Counted from the stretch's first letter, positions 8,157-17,299 are shown. The stretch: 35,009 nt of DNA from Anaerolineaceae bacterium (GCA_017995665.1 JAGOIM010000001.1:3992-39000); one strand, 5' to 3'. The notes: generated by a model from the letters alone, not told the origin. Made by a program: numbers and translations.

Positions 8157-10091
8157 TTAACGATTCTTGCGGAGGATTGGCAGATGATACCTGTTCACCA
8201 GAACCCCATTAGGAACCGCAACTTTTCCTTCGGCAACATTAGAATCGATATTCATTTTTACTCCACCCCAGGTCTCGTCATGTCCACCGGAATACTGTAG
8301 AATTCGCTGGTAATTTGTCCATAAGCCATCCGGTAAATATCTCAAGCCCCAAACGGTCTGATTGGGGCGGAATCCGGGCGCAGAATACCATTCCGCAATC
8401 CAGACCACTGCCGGCACATTCGAAATAGTGTATATTTGGTTGTCTTTTAATCCGCTCGAAGTAGCATACAAACCTGACATAATTCCGAGCTGAGCAAGTC
8501 GAGTCGTCCAACCGTTCACATAAGCCCGCGCTGCCGCCGAACAGCTTGCACTGTAGCTGAAATGTTCCAAATCCAGATAGATTATCCCGCCTTTCCCGTT
8601 TGCATAAGTTAAGCCAAGCTCTTTCATTCTTGCTTGCGCCTGGTTTGCATTGTTCACCCCATATTGATAAGCCTGATCGACATTAATAGGGAAAGGATTC
8701 TTATAGTTGCCACAGGGTTTGGGAGCCTGATGACCGACCCAGGTGGGAATCAGCTTCCAGCCTTGTTCCGCTATCTTTTTGACATAAGCTGCGTTGAGTG
8801 CTGTGTTAGTACAAAAACGCGAAATTCCGCCAATATACAAATTCACCGCTCGATAAGGACTTTTGTTATACCAGGTGTTCAATTGGCTCAGGCTTGGCAC
8901 ATTGCAAATATCAAAGGCGTGCCCCTTGAATTTTTGAATTAGTTCTTGAGCCTGAATATCATTTTGAGGATGATTATCCTCTGTAACTTCGAACTCGCTT
9001 TGAACTGTCTGTTTGAGAACTGTTGCGCCGTTTGGCAGCCTTAGCGTCTGCCAAGCGTCCACGCCATTTCTGCTAAAAACAATTTCGAAACTATTCGAAC
9101 AAGTGATCGTTTCTTCGCCAGCCTCTCCGAATACGGATTCACAATTGCCATCGCGCAGTTCGAGCCAAAGCGCTTTGCCATCCGGGCTGTGAATTTCACT
9201 GATTTGTTGTTGTAAATCCGCTTTCTCAATTGCGGCAAATTCCGCCTTGTCCAGGTCGATTTGGCTTGCAATCTCTCCGAGTTGCGTAGTCTGAATCAGA
9301 TATTCTGATGAAAAACCACCTTCCGGTGCAATTTTTACAGGGATGAGTGCGTTTTCGCTTTGACTCAAAATCGGCAAGTCTACTTCAATTTCAAGACCGG
9401 TGCTGAAGCTCAACATGCCCGCATCAAAAAGCTCCCAGCTCAAACCGCCATCAAGCGTGCGATAAAACGATTGGGTGTTTTCGGGGTTTTTCATAAAGCC
9501 AAGTTTGGAATCAAGGAAAACAAATTCTTCCGCAACCGGCACTTCTTGAACTTCCCAATTTTTACCACCATCTTTTGTGATAAAAAGCGTGCCCATGCTG
9601 AAATTACTGCTCGTGGCTTGCTTTACCACGATGAAGCCGCTGTTTTCATCCAACCATTGCATTTGGATGCTCCCGATTGGATCAGGATAGAGAGCTCCAA
9701 TTGAGCTCAAAAGATTACTCTCAATTTCTTCCCAATTTTGCCCTTTAGATTGCGTTTTATAAATCTCAAGTGCCTTAATTGTTTCGGTTTGGGTCAGATA
9801 AAGCGCGAAGCCCAGATTTGAACGAGGGAAAGAAGCCAGCAGGTAGGGTTCAACCAGCGCTGTCTTTGGGCTAATTTCCGTCCAATCCTCACCTGTATTT
9901 TGCGTGTAATAAAGCTCTTCTTCCGATTTCAGCCAAAGCTCATTGCTGTTAACCACGCCGAAATCAAGCTCGTTGATATTTAATTGACTTTCAATGTTTA
10001 TTGTCTCATCAACTGCTCTCACCTCGGAAATCGGAAGAAAACCGGCAATAAGGCAGAGCACAATTGTCGTTAAAATAATCTTGTTTTTCAT
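8157..10091 (-). CDS. Secreted/anchored fusion protein: N-terminal BNR/Ycf48-like repeat region plus C-terminal DUF1906 (Rv2525c-like glycoside-hydrolase-fold) domain
   Basis: The N-terminal signal/anchor is [21 protein letters not shown]. Four 'xxDGG/GxxW' BNR-like motifs are present: [27 protein letters not shown] and LDGGLSWEL. The C-terminal part '[12 protein letters not shown]...[14 protein letters not shown]...IIYLDLEHF...GWT..L...[10 protein letters not shown]' matches DUF1906. The ATG at 10091 has a GAGG Shine-Dalgarno. Confidence 0.6.
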   Translation of the reverse strand: MKNKIILTTIVLCLIAGFLPISEVRAVDETINIESQLNINELDFGVVNSNELWLKSEEELYYTQNTGEDWTEISPKTALVEPYLLASFPRSNLGFALYLTQTETIKALEIYKTQSKGQNWEEIESNLLSSIGALYPDPIGSIQMQWLDENSGFIVVKQATSSNFSMGTLFITKDGGKNWEVQEVPVAEEFVFLDSKLGFMKNPENTQSFYRTLDGGLSWELFDAGMLSFSTGLEIEVDLPILSQSENALIPVKIAPEGGFSSEYLIQTTQLGEIASQIDLDKAEFAAIEKADLQQQISEIHSPDGKALWLELRDGNCESVFGEAGEETITCSNSFEIVFSRNGVDAWQTLRLPNGATVLKQTVQSEFEVTEDNHPQNDIQAQELIQKFKGHAFDICNVPSLSQLNTWYNKSPYRAVNLYIGGISRFCTNTALNAAYVKKIAEQGWKLIPTWVGHQAPKPCGNYKNPFPINVDQAYQYGVNNANQAQARMKELGLTYANGKGGIIYLDLEHFSYSASCSAAARAYVNGWTTRLAQLGIMSGLYATSSGLKDNQIYTISNVPAVVWIAEWYSAPGFRPNQTVWGLRYLPDGLWTNYQRILQYSGGHDETWGGVKMNIDSNVAEGKVAVPNGVLVNRYHLPILRKNR

Positions 10092-10220
10092 AGGTACCTC
10101 AGATTTCAAAGTTGCAATTCTTATACCCAGCCAGCCGCAACTGGACATTGCCTGATTTCCGTTACCTGATATTCCATCACCTTTTTTCGTTTCCTTTTTC
10201 CTATTCCCTGTTAGCCGCTT

Positions 10221-10245
10221 CCCGATCCCTGCTCCCCGATTTCCC
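10221..10245 (-). other. Canonical G-quadruplex motif (G3+N3-5)x4 on the minus strand, abutting the lexA -35
   Basis: The minus strand reads GGGaaatcGGGGagcaGGGatcGGG. The plus strand is the corresponding C-run motif. Confidence 0.35.
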
Positions 10246-10274
10246 TTGACAACGAACATTTGTTCTGGTAAGAT
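10246..10274 (+). promoter_or_regulatory. lexA sigma70-type promoter: TTGACA, 17-nt spacer, TGgTAAGAT
   Basis: The -35 TTGACA is at 10246-10251 and the -10 TAAGAT at 10269-10274, with a TG at 10266-10267. The spacer is exactly 17 nt. Confidence 0.7.
10253..10266. promoter_or_regulatory. LexA operator (Cheo-box type, CGAACATTTGTTCT)
   Basis: A GAAC-N4-GTTC palindrome fills the promoter spacer directly upstream of lexA, which is the classical autoregulation layout. Confidence 0.8.
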
Positions 10275-10301
10275 TAGAACAATCTGGAGAAAGCGATAAC
10301 T

Positions 10302-11006
10302 ATGGCACGAAAAAGCAAAGGACTAAGCGAGCGCCACAAGAATATTCTTTCCTGCATTCAACAATGGCAGGAGGAAAAAGGCTATCCCCCTTCCATCCGT
10401 GAAATCGGCTTGGAGACAGATATCAGCTCGACTTCTGTCGTCAACTACTACCTCAACCAGCTCGAAGAAATGGGTTATATTCAGCGCGAGAGTAATGTTT
10501 CTCGCGGCATCAACCTGCTCAAAGACCAGAGCGGCGAGCTTTTGCAAAACATCAAAAGCGGAATTTCGCAATTTGTCGAACAGCTGGTCAGCATTCCTCT
10601 CGTCGGCAACATTATCGCCGGTGAGCCAATGCCCATTCCGGCTTCAGATTTCGCCTATTATGACCCGGAGTCCGGGGTTGATATTGCCCTCAGTCTACTC
10701 CCCAAAAGCGATACGCTCGACGATCTTTATGCCTTGAGAGTTCAGGGAGATTCCATGATTGACGCAATGGTCAACGATGGCGATATCGTCGTCATGAAGC
10801 GCACAAACCAAGCCCGCAACGGCGAAATGGTTGCTATCTGGCTCAACGACCGCGATGAAACGACACTAAAATATTTCTATGCCGAAAACGGACGCATCCG
10901 CCTTCAACCAGCTAATCCTTTTATGCAAGCCATCATCATCAACGACCCAAAAACCGTTGAAGTGCAAGGTAAAGTTGTTCTGGTCATCCGCCAATTAGAC
11001 CAGTAG
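10302..11006 (+). CDS. lexA: LexA repressor (S24 self-cleaving)
   Basis: The N-terminal winged helix is '[32 protein letters not shown]'. The catalytic serine lies in '[10 protein letters not shown]' and the lysine in 'VVMKR'. Confidence 0.92.
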   Translation: MARKSKGLSERHKNILSCIQQWQEEKGYPPSIREIGLETDISSTSVVNYYLNQLEEMGYIQRESNVSRGINLLKDQSGELLQNIKSGISQFVEQLVSIPLVGNIIAGEPMPIPASDFAYYDPESGVDIALSLLPKSDTLDDLYALRVQGDSMIDAMVNDGDIVVMKRTNQARNGEMVAIWLNDRDETTLKYFYAENGRIRLQPANPFMQAIIINDPKTVEVQGKVVLVIRQLDQ

Positions 11007-11028
11007 AACCAATTTATATGAGGGGTAG

Positions 11029-11061
11029 AGCTGAGCCACGCTTCCAGGCTCAGCTTTTTTA
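11029..11061 (+). terminator. Rho-independent terminator of lexA
   Basis: agctgagcc (9-nt loop) ggctcagct, followed by tttttt. Confidence 0.8.
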
Positions 11062-11125
11062 TTAAAGCAATACTAATATTTGACAATACTCGCTACTTTT
11101 AGTTACTAACAATTTTGCAATCGGG

Positions 11126-11131
11126 TAAAAT
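11126..11131 (+). promoter_or_regulatory. -10 box TAAAAT lying 6 nt upstream of the ATG at 11138 (leaderless candidate)
   Basis: The sequence reads gggTAAAATagcgcaATG. There is no Shine-Dalgarno. Confidence 0.4.
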
Positions 11132-11137
11132 AGCGCA

Positions 11138-11929
11138 ATGCAAACAATCCAATCAAAAGATAAAACCCCAATCGCCTATGAAGTTGTTGGCAAAGGACCG
11201 CTGTTGATTATCGTAAGCGGTGCGCTCAACACCCACAATTTTGGCGTGCCAAGCGAAATGACTCCCTACCTGCAAGACAATTTCACCGTCCTCAATTATG
11301 ACCGCCGCGGTCGCGGACAAAGCGGCAACACCCTGCCTTACAGCATCGACAAGGAACTCGAGGATATTGAAGCTCTGATTGACCAGCATGGCGGCAAAGC
11401 CTTCATCTTCGGTCACTCTGCCGGAGGGGCACTGGCACTTTTTACCGCTGAGAAACTCCCTGAAAAGATTGAAAAAATAGCCGTCTACGAACCGCCAATG
11501 TCCGGGAACTGGTTTATGCGCTTGGGCACGAACATTATGATTAACCAGATGAGCAAACAAGTCTCCAAAGGCGAAAACTTGAAGGTCGTCAATACTTTTA
11601 TGCGTTTCGTCGGCATGGACGACCAGCTCATCGCCGATACGCTGGCGGGTGAACATGGTCAAACCGTAATCGACATGGCTGAAACAATCATTTACGAAGC
11701 CAAAATTCAGGATGCTTCTAAAGACTTCTTCCAGGAAAAAGCTCATAATATCAGCCAACTGACGCTGCTGGTCTCCGGAACAAAAAGTTTCAAAACTGCC
11801 CCCAAAATCATGGCAGACTACGCTTCCGTTATCCCCAATGCTCAGACCCGCGTCATGGAAGGTCAAACCCACACCGTTGACCCGAAACTCATCGCCCCGA
11901 TTTTGAAAGATTTTTATCTCGGCAATTAG
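11138..11929 (+). CDS. Alpha/beta-fold hydrolase
   Basis: The nucleophile elbow is 'FGHSAGGA' (G-x-S-x-G). 'LLIIVSG', 'YDRRGRGQS' and a C-terminal 'GQTH' histidine are also present. Confidence 0.75.
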   Translation: MQTIQSKDKTPIAYEVVGKGPLLIIVSGALNTHNFGVPSEMTPYLQDNFTVLNYDRRGRGQSGNTLPYSIDKELEDIEALIDQHGGKAFIFGHSAGGALALFTAEKLPEKIEKIAVYEPPMSGNWFMRLGTNIMINQMSKQVSKGENLKVVNTFMRFVGMDDQLIADTLAGEHGQTVIDMAETIIYEAKIQDASKDFFQEKAHNISQLTLLVSGTKSFKTAPKIMADYASVIPNAQTRVMEGQTHTVDPKLIAPILKDFYLGN

Positions 11930-11964
11930 CATTTTCAGATTTAGAATTAGATTTAGATATAAAC

Positions 11965-11998
11965 AAAATACCGCCCGGAATCGGGCGGTATTATTTTG
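11965..11998. terminator. Bidirectional rho-independent terminator (hydrolase gene on plus, rplL on minus)
   Basis: aaaataccgcccg gaat cgggcggtatt atttt. A/T runs lie on both sides. Confidence 0.8.
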
Positions 11999-12019
11999 CT
12001 TTTTAGCTTTGCTTGAAAA

Positions 12020-12397
12020 CTATGCAAGCACGACGTCGGCGCCGGCTTCTTTCAGTTTGGCGAGGGCGTCATTGGCAACGTCTTTACCAACAGCTTCCAA
12101 AACTTTGACATCAGCGGTTTCGGCCATATTTTTGGCATCAACCAAACCAAGGCTGGTCAGGGCGCGGATGACTTTAATAACTTCGATTTTCTTTGCGCCG
12201 GCACTCTTCAGGACGACATCGAATTCGGTTTTTTCTTCAACTTCTTCGGCGGGTGCAGCGGCAGGACCGGCAGCAACAGCAGCAACGGGAGCGGCAGCAG
12301 AGACGCCCCATTTTTCTTCCAAAAGTTTGACGAGGTCAGCAGCTTCCAAAACGGAAAGAGCGCTCAGTTGTTCAACAATTTTTTCTAAATCAGCCAT
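12020..12397 (-). CDS. rplL: 50S ribosomal protein L7/L12
   Basis: '[26 protein letters not shown]', an Ala/Pro hinge and '[16 protein letters not shown]' are present. Confidence 0.97.
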   Translation of the reverse strand: MADLEKIVEQLSALSVLEAADLVKLLEEKWGVSAAAPVAAVAAGPAAAPAEEVEEKTEFDVVLKSAGAKKIEVIKVIRALTSLGLVDAKNMAETADVKVLEAVGKDVANDALAKLKEAGADVVLA

Positions 12398-12452
12398 TAT
12401 TTCTCCTAAATTTTTCTTTTTTATTTATTTTTCTCGATTTTAGTCGAGTCTA

Positions 12453-12983
12453 CTAAGCAGCTTCCGCTTGCTTTTCTGAATTTGCTTTAATTACTGCAGC
12501 TAAACCACGTGCGGGCTCGGCCAAAGTACGGACCAATTGACTGGCAGGAGCCAGGATGGTGCCCAACAACATGGAACGCATAACCGGTAAGGTTGGCAGA
12601 TCAGCCAGGGCTTTAACCTGTCGTGCATCCAGCAAACCCTTATCCAAATAACCACCGCTAATTGCAAATGTGTCATTGCCTTTGGTAATTTCGGTCAGTG
12701 CCTTTGCGGCAGCCGGTGCGTCTTCGAATGCGAAGACAACAACATTATTACCTTCCCAGGTTTTGGCTTCAAATGGTAAACCTTTTTCTTCCAAAACACG
12801 GGTGAACAGACGATTTTTGACAACATGCAATTCGCTCTCTGATTCGCGCAGTCTTGTTCGGGCTGCGTTTACAGCGGACATGGTCATTTTATTGTAGCTC
12901 AGGTAATAAACCGCTTTGCTTTTATCGATCCATTCACGATACTGTTCTACAATCGCTTCTTTTTCAGTTTTTGTAAATGCCAA
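12453..12983 (-). CDS. rplJ: 50S ribosomal protein L10
   Basis: It sits between rplA and rplL. 'KEAIVEQY', 'MTMSAVNAARTRLRE' and 'VVKNRL' match L10. The start codon is TTG. Confidence 0.95.
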   Translation of the reverse strand: MAFTKTEKEAIVEQYREWIDKSKAVYYLSYNKMTMSAVNAARTRLRESESELHVVKNRLFTRVLEEKGLPFEAKTWEGNNVVVFAFEDAPAAAKALTEITKGNDTFAISGGYLDKGLLDARQVKALADLPTLPVMRSMLLGTILAPASQLVRTLAEPARGLAAVIKANSEKQAEAA

Positions 12984-13160
12984 TGTACTCTATCTCCTTC
13001 CAATAAAAAATCTCTTTCCGTTTTTCCCGACGAAAAGAGATTCAATTAGCAGACTTGAGTCTTTCTAAATCTCCACCTCGGCGGGCTACATTAAGCCGTA
13101 AACGGCACCAGCTTTCTTAAGCAGAACGTGCATTTTGCACTATTCAATTATTCAACCCGA
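12984..13160 (-). promoter_or_regulatory. rplJ 5' leader (L10-leader-like) ending in an intrinsic terminator at 13004-13041
   Basis: A 252-nt gap separates rplA and rplJ. An 11-bp hairpin (atctcttt(u/c)cg / cggaaagagat on the RNA) is followed by UUUUUU immediately before the rplJ Shine-Dalgarno. A candidate extended -10, TGaTACACT, lies at 13163-13171. Confidence 0.55.
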
Positions 13161-13185
13161 CAAGTGTATCACATTTTCTGCCGGT

Positions 13186-13224
13186 GAAAAATATGGAATG
13201 GATTTAATCTTAAATCCATTCCAT
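13186..13224 (-). terminator. Strong rho-independent terminator after rplA
   Basis: A 14-bp perfect stem, atggaatggattta (loop agat) taaatccattccat, is followed by AUUUUU on the minus strand. Confidence 0.85.
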
Positions 13225-13235
13225 TTGCTAACAAA

Positions 13236-13958
13236 TTAAACTTGAGCGGTCTCCATGCTCATTGCAGCGTTGACATCAACTTTCACAGCCACACCCATGG
13301 TTGAAGCGAGGGTAATTCTCTTGATATAAGAGCCTTTCGCACCACTTGGGCGAGAACGACGGATAGCGGAGGTCAAAGCAGCCATATTCTCATAAAGAGA
13401 ATCGACGTCAAAGGAAACTTTGCCCAAAGGAACATGAATGTTTGCGCTTTTGTCGAGGCGATATTCGACACGACCGGCTTTGGCAACATCGATAGCATGG
13501 GCAATATCTTCAGACTGAACAACGGTTCCGGCTTTGGGGCTTGGCATCAAGTTGCGGGGACCCAAAACACGACCCAGACGACCAACCTTGCCCATCATGT
13601 CCATTGTACCAACGGCAACGTCGAAATCGGTGTAACCGCCCTGAATGCGAGCGATATCATCATCGGTTTCGGCCACAAAATCAGCTCCGGCTGCACGAGC
13701 GGCAGCGGCTGCTTCGCCTTGTGCGAAGACCAAAACGCGGATGGTTTTACCCAAGCCCTTAGGCAAAACACAGACATCACGAATCTGCTGATCAGCCTGG
13801 CGGGGGTCCAAACCTGTGCGTAAATGGATTTCAACGGTTTCATCAAATTTGGCAAATGCCAGTTCTTTGACCAATTCTAAGGCTTCGCGAGGGCTGTAAA
13901 TCTTTTCAGAATCAACCTTCTTGCTTGCGTTTTCGAAATTTTTACCTTTTTTAGACAT
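13236..13958 (-). CDS. rplA: 50S ribosomal protein L1
   Basis: 'FDETVEIHLRTGLDPRQADQQIR' and 'MGKVGRLGRVLGPRNLMPSPKAGTV' match L1. Confidence 0.97.
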   Translation of the reverse strand: MSKKGKNFENASKKVDSEKIYSPREALELVKELAFAKFDETVEIHLRTGLDPRQADQQIRDVCVLPKGLGKTIRVLVFAQGEAAAAARAAGADFVAETDDDIARIQGGYTDFDVAVGTMDMMGKVGRLGRVLGPRNLMPSPKAGTVVQSEDIAHAIDVAKAGRVEYRLDKSANIHVPLGKVSFDVDSLYENMAALTSAIRRSRPSGAKGSYIKRITLASTMGVAVKVDVNAAMSMETAQV

Positions 13959-14017
13959 AACGACTCCTTTGTGGTTCCTGCGGGCGTCTCAACCCTCCCA
14001 CTTTGCTAATTTCCTGT

Positions 14018-14443
14018 TTACTTTTCAACGGTAATGCCCATATTGCGGGCAGTGCCTTCCAACTGGCGGATGGCAGCATCAATATCATTGGCGTTCATAT
14101 CTTTGAACTTGATATCAGCAATTTCTTTCAATTGAGCGCGAGTAACCTTGCCGACTTTTTCGGTTTTGGGGTTAGCAGAAGCTTTCTCAATTCCGGCAGC
14201 TTTCTTAATTAAGATAGCGGCGGGAGGCGATTTTAGTTCAAATTTGAACGAGCCATCCGCAAAGATGGTGATTTCGGCAGGAATAATTTCGCCCATCCGA
14301 TTAGAGGTGCGAGCGTTATAGTCCTTGCAGAAAGCCATGATGTTGACACCATGGGGAGCCAGAGCCGGACCAATCGGGGGGGCGGGATTCGCCTTACCGG
14401 CCTGGATTTGAAGTTTTACGATTGCTTTTACTTTCTTTGCCAC
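14018..14443 (-). CDS. rplK: 50S ribosomal protein L11
   Basis: '[34 protein letters not shown]' matches L11. The start codon is GTG with an AAGGAG Shine-Dalgarno. Confidence 0.97.
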   Translation of the reverse strand: MAKKVKAIVKLQIQAGKANPAPPIGPALAPHGVNIMAFCKDYNARTSNRMGEIIPAEITIFADGSFKFELKSPPAAILIKKAAGIEKASANPKTEKVGKVTRAQLKEIADIKFKDMNANDIDAAIRQLEGTARNMGITVEK

Positions 14444-14511
14444 AGATAAATCTCCTTGGTGGTGCTAACGGGCTGTGTATGCCCTCCCACAAATTTCCGG
14501 ATTGCTCCGGT

Positions 14512-15150
14512 TTATGCTTTTTCTACCTGCAGAAAATCTAATTCCACAGGAGTTTCACGCCCAAAAAAGTTCACCATAACGCGAATCTTTGAGCGATCCA
14601 TATAAATTTCATCAACGATACCGCGGAAGTCATTGAAAGGACCATCCACAATACGCACACGGTCACCGGCTTTATAAGTAACCTTGAAAGTCGGTGCGTC
14701 GTTTTCCATTCGGCGCAAAATGCTTTGCACTTCTTCAGATCGAAGCGGAGTCGGGTCGTCGCCCATACCGACAAAGCCGGTAACTCCGGGTGTGTTACGA
14801 ACCACAAACCAAGAATCTTCTTCCAAAATCATGTTTACCAAAACATAACCGGGGAAGACATAGCGTTCAACAGTTCGCCGTTTACCATCACGAACTTCAA
14901 TTTCTTCTTGTGTCGGAATAACAACATCGAAGATTTTTTCCTTCATGTTCATGGTATCGATCCGCTGTTCAAGATTCTTGCGGACTTTGTTTTCATAACC
15001 CGAATAACAGTGAATCACAAACCATTGACGATTGTCATCAGCTTGCGCTTCTTCTGCAGCACCGGAATCTAAAGCACCCTCAGCCAAATTGTTTTCAAGT
15101 GGCCGAAGCTCTTCTGATTCAGGCAGGTCATTCTTAAAAAGATCAGCCAT
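14512..15150 (-). CDS. nusG: Transcription termination/antitermination factor NusG
   Basis: 'WFVIHCYSGYENKV' marks the NGN domain and 'GDRVRIVDGPFNDFRGIV' the KOW motif. An acidic N-terminal extension of about 40 aa precedes them. Confidence 0.95.
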   Translation of the reverse strand: MADLFKNDLPESEELRPLENNLAEGALDSGAAEEAQADDNRQWFVIHCYSGYENKVRKNLEQRIDTMNMKEKIFDVVIPTQEEIEVRDGKRRTVERYVFPGYVLVNMILEEDSWFVVRNTPGVTGFVGMGDDPTPLRSEEVQSILRRMENDAPTFKVTYKAGDRVRIVDGPFNDFRGIVDEIYMDRSKIRVMVNFFGRETPVELDFLQVEKA

Positions 15151-15170
15151 TATCTGCTCTTTTCTAAACG

Positions 15171-15383
15171 CTATCCAACCAATAAACCAACCAGGCGGGA
15201 CGCTAGGAAGTCAAAGACACCAAGAATCGCACCCATAAGGGCTGTAATGATTAACACAATCCGGGTCAAGGAAATGACTTCATCCTTGGCAGGCCAGGTG
15301 ACTTTACGAAGTTCGCCAATGGTTTGGCGCCACCAGTTTTTGATTCTCTGGAAGAAATTTGGTTTTTTTTCTTTCTGTGCCAT
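15171..15383 (-). CDS. secE: Preprotein translocase subunit SecE
   Basis: 'ELRKVTWP' plus a single C-terminal TM match SecE, and the gene sits directly upstream of nusG. The ATG at 15383 has an AGGAGC Shine-Dalgarno 7 nt upstream. Confidence 0.85.
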   Translation of the reverse strand: MAQKEKKPNFFQRIKNWWRQTIGELRKVTWPAKDEVISLTRIVLIITALMGAILGVFDFLASRLVGLLVG

Positions 15384-15443
15384 ACTGTTTGCTCCTGATT
15401 GACGCTTCAACGCCGCAGGTCTTACGGCGTTGGCAATTAATAA

Positions 15444-15516
15444 CAGGTCAGGTAGGAATCGAACCCACAGCCTCCGCTTTTGGAGAGCGGCGCTCTGCCA
15501 ATTGAGCTACTGACCT
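15444..15516 (-). tRNA. tRNA-Trp (anticodon CCA)
   Basis: A hand-folded cloverleaf works: acceptor AGGTCAG/CTGACCT, anticodon arm CCGCT-CTCCAAA-AGCGG and T-loop TTCGATT. CCA is not encoded. Confidence 0.9.
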
Positions 15517-15519
15517 AAA

Positions 15520-15539
15520 AGCATCCTTTTCAGGATGCT
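15520..15539 (-). terminator. Hairpin overlapping the rpmG stop codon, followed by UUUU and then directly by the tRNA-Trp 5' end
   Basis: The minus strand reads uAGCAUCCUgaaaAGGAUGCUuuu-AGGUCAG(tRNA). It could be a terminator or a processing signal. Confidence 0.5.
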
Positions 15540-15708
15540 ATTTAACCTCACGATGCAACTTATGTGCGCGGCAGCGGGGGCAATACTTCTGCAATTCCAT
15601 GCGACCGGGGTCATTTCTGCGGTTCTTCACGGAAGTGTAATTACGTTCTTTACACTCTGTGCAAGCCAGATGAATGACTGGTCTGATATCTTTTTTCTTT
15701 GATGCCAT
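15538..15708 (-). CDS. rpmG: 50S ribosomal protein L33 (56 aa; below the ORF-track cutoff)
   Basis: Hand translation gives [56 protein letters not shown]. It has CxxC...CxxC zinc-ribbon L33 motifs. Confidence 0.9.
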   Translation of the reverse strand: MASKKKDIRPVIHLACTECKERNYTSVKNRRNDPGRMELQKYCPRCRAHKLHREVK

Positions 15709-15718
15709 TTTAGTGTAA

Positions 15719-15745
15719 CATGGCTGCCTGAATTAGGCAGCCATG
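15719..15745 (-). terminator. 11-bp perfect hairpin between tuf and rpmG (attenuating/partial terminator)
   Basis: catggctgcct gaatt aggcagccatg. No long U-run follows, so read-through into rpmG is plausible. Confidence 0.5.
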
Positions 15746-15770
15746 ATTCCTTCCTGAATTTCTAAATAAC

Positions 15771-16976
15771 CTACGCGATAATCTTGGTGATCTTACCAGC
15801 GCCGACAGTCAAGCCACCTTCGCGAATAGCGAATGAGGAACCGTCTTCAAGAGCGACTTTTTGGATCAGTTTGACGCGTAAACCGTCAACATTATCACCG
15901 GGCAAAACCATCTCAACGCCTTCGGGCAGGGTCACATCACCGGTAACATCGGTTGTGTGAACGTAGAACTGCGGGCGATAGCCGTTGAAGAAAGCACTGT
16001 GGCGGCCACCCTCTTCTTTAGTCAGAACGTAAACTGTACATTCAAACTCAGTGTGAGGAGTAATCGAGTTTGGTTTACACAAAACCATACCACGTTCAAC
16101 CTGTTCACGATCAATACCGCGAAGCAAGATACCAGCGTTGTCGCCAGCACGGCCTTCGTCCAATTGTTTGTGGAACATTTCAATACCGGTTGCAACGGTG
16201 GGCAGGGGTTTGTCCATCAAACCAACGATATCAACCTTGTCGTTCAGTCTCAAAGTACCGCGTTCGATACGACCGGTAACAACAGTGCCACGACCTTTGA
16301 TCGAGAAGACATCTTCGATGGGCATGAGGAAGTCTTTGTCGAAGTCACGAACTGGCTCTACAAAGTAATCATCAACAGCATCCATCAAATCGGCAATCGG
16401 TTTGTATTCGGGTGCGTTAGGATCGGTAGAAGTGCTGTCCAAAGCAACCTTGGCAGAACCGCGGATAATCGGAATTTCGTCTCCGGGGAAACCGTTTTTG
16501 CTCAAAAGTTCGCGAACTTCCATCTCAACAAGCTCGAGAAGTTCGGGGTCGTCCATCTGGTCGGTCTTGTTCAAGAAAACCAAAATGGAAGGAACTGCAA
16601 CCTGGCGTGCCAAAAGAACGTGTTCTTCGGTCTGGGGCATGGGGCCATCAGGAGCGGAGACAACGAGAATTGCGCCGTCGACCTGAGCAGCACCGGTGAT
16701 CATGTTTTTAATGTAGTCACGGTGACCGGGCATATCGACATGAGCATAATGGCGTTTTGCCGTTTCATATTCAACATGGGTAATGTTGATTGTAATACCA
16801 CGAGCCTTTTCTTCCGGAGCATTGTCAATAGAATCGTATGCGCGGAATTTACCAAAGCCACGCAACGCCTGGACTTTGGTGATAGCTGCGGTCAAAGTTG
16901 TCTTGCCATGATCAATATGACCCATCGTACCGATGTTCATATGTGGCTTTGAGCGTTCAAATTTTTGTTTCGCCAT
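15771..16976 (-). CDS. tuf: Elongation factor Tu
   Basis: '[15 protein letters not shown]', '[18 protein letters not shown]' and 'NKTD' are the G1-G4 motifs, and the protein shows EF-Tu similarity along its full length. Confidence 0.98.
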   Translation of the reverse strand: MAKQKFERSKPHMNIGTMGHIDHGKTTLTAAITKVQALRGFGKFRAYDSIDNAPEEKARGITINITHVEYETAKRHYAHVDMPGHRDYIKNMITGAAQVDGAILVVSAPDGPMPQTEEHVLLARQVAVPSILVFLNKTDQMDDPELLELVEMEVRELLSKNGFPGDEIPIIRGSAKVALDSTSTDPNAPEYKPIADLMDAVDDYFVEPVRDFDKDFLMPIEDVFSIKGRGTVVTGRIERGTLRLNDKVDIVGLMDKPLPTVATGIEMFHKQLDEGRAGDNAGILLRGIDREQVERGMVLCKPNSITPHTEFECTVYVLTKEEGGRHSAFFNGYRPQFYVHTTDVTGDVTLPEGVEMVLPGDNVDGLRVKLIQKVALEDGSSFAIREGGLTVGAGKITKIIA

Positions 16977-17024
16977 CTTTTCTCCTTAAATAAAGACTAA
17001 ATATATTTTCTTTTTTTCGGCAAA

Positions 17025-17097
17025 AGCCCTCAATCGGATTTGAACCGATGACCTCATTCTTACCAAGAATGCGCTCTACCAGCTGAGCTATAAGGGC
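17025..17097 (-). tRNA. tRNA-Thr (anticodon GGU)
   Basis: The cloverleaf folds as GCCCTTA...CATTC-TTGGTAA-GAATG...TTCAAAT...TGAGGGC-T. Confidence 0.9.
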
Positions 17098-17131
17098 AGC
17101 CGTGCAATCACACCACCGTTGTGGAGTGAAA

Positions 17132-17214
17132 TGGACAGTGAAGGATTCGAACCTCCGAAGGCGCCTGCCAGCTGATTTACAGTCAGCCCCCGTTGTCCAC
17201 TTGGGTAACTGTCC
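17132..17214 (-). tRNA. tRNA-Tyr (anticodon GUA), class II long variable arm
   Basis: The acceptor is GGACAGT, the anticodon arm is GCTGA-CTGTAAA-TCAGC, the variable arm is long, and TTCGAAT and ACTGTCC-A follow. Confidence 0.9.
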
Positions 17215-17251
17215 ATGCTTTTTCCTTGGGCGTCGAGACTTACCCACTGGA

Positions 17252-17281
17252 GATTGTGATCCACTATTGTCAATCACAATC
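17252..17281. repeat. 9-bp perfect inverted repeat (gattgtgat / atcacaatc, 12-nt loop) in the 85-nt spacer between tRNA-Thr(UGU) and tRNA-Tyr
   Basis: Read directly from the sequence. Confidence 0.6.
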
Positions 17282-17299
17282 GCTAAAGAGTAAAACTTG

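Noticed and set aside
10092-10259. A 56-codon N-terminal extension of the DUF1906 fusion gene, starting at an ATG inside the LexA box.
   Set aside because: That ATG lies between the -35 and -10 of the lexA promoter, so a promoter for it would have to sit inside lexA. The extension is Gly/Lys/Arg low-complexity sequence from the purine-rich tract. The ATG at 10091 has a GAGG SD and begins a normal signal/anchor sequence.
11153-11932. 259-aa ORF antisense to the alpha/beta hydrolase gene. Similar long antisense ORFs occur at 15957-16952 (opposite tuf), 12009-12443 (opposite rplL) and 20245-20955 (opposite pcrA).
   Set aside because: These are shadow ORFs opposite genes with unambiguous family motifs. 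Their translations are low-complexity or unrecognisable, and they lack an SD or promoter context.
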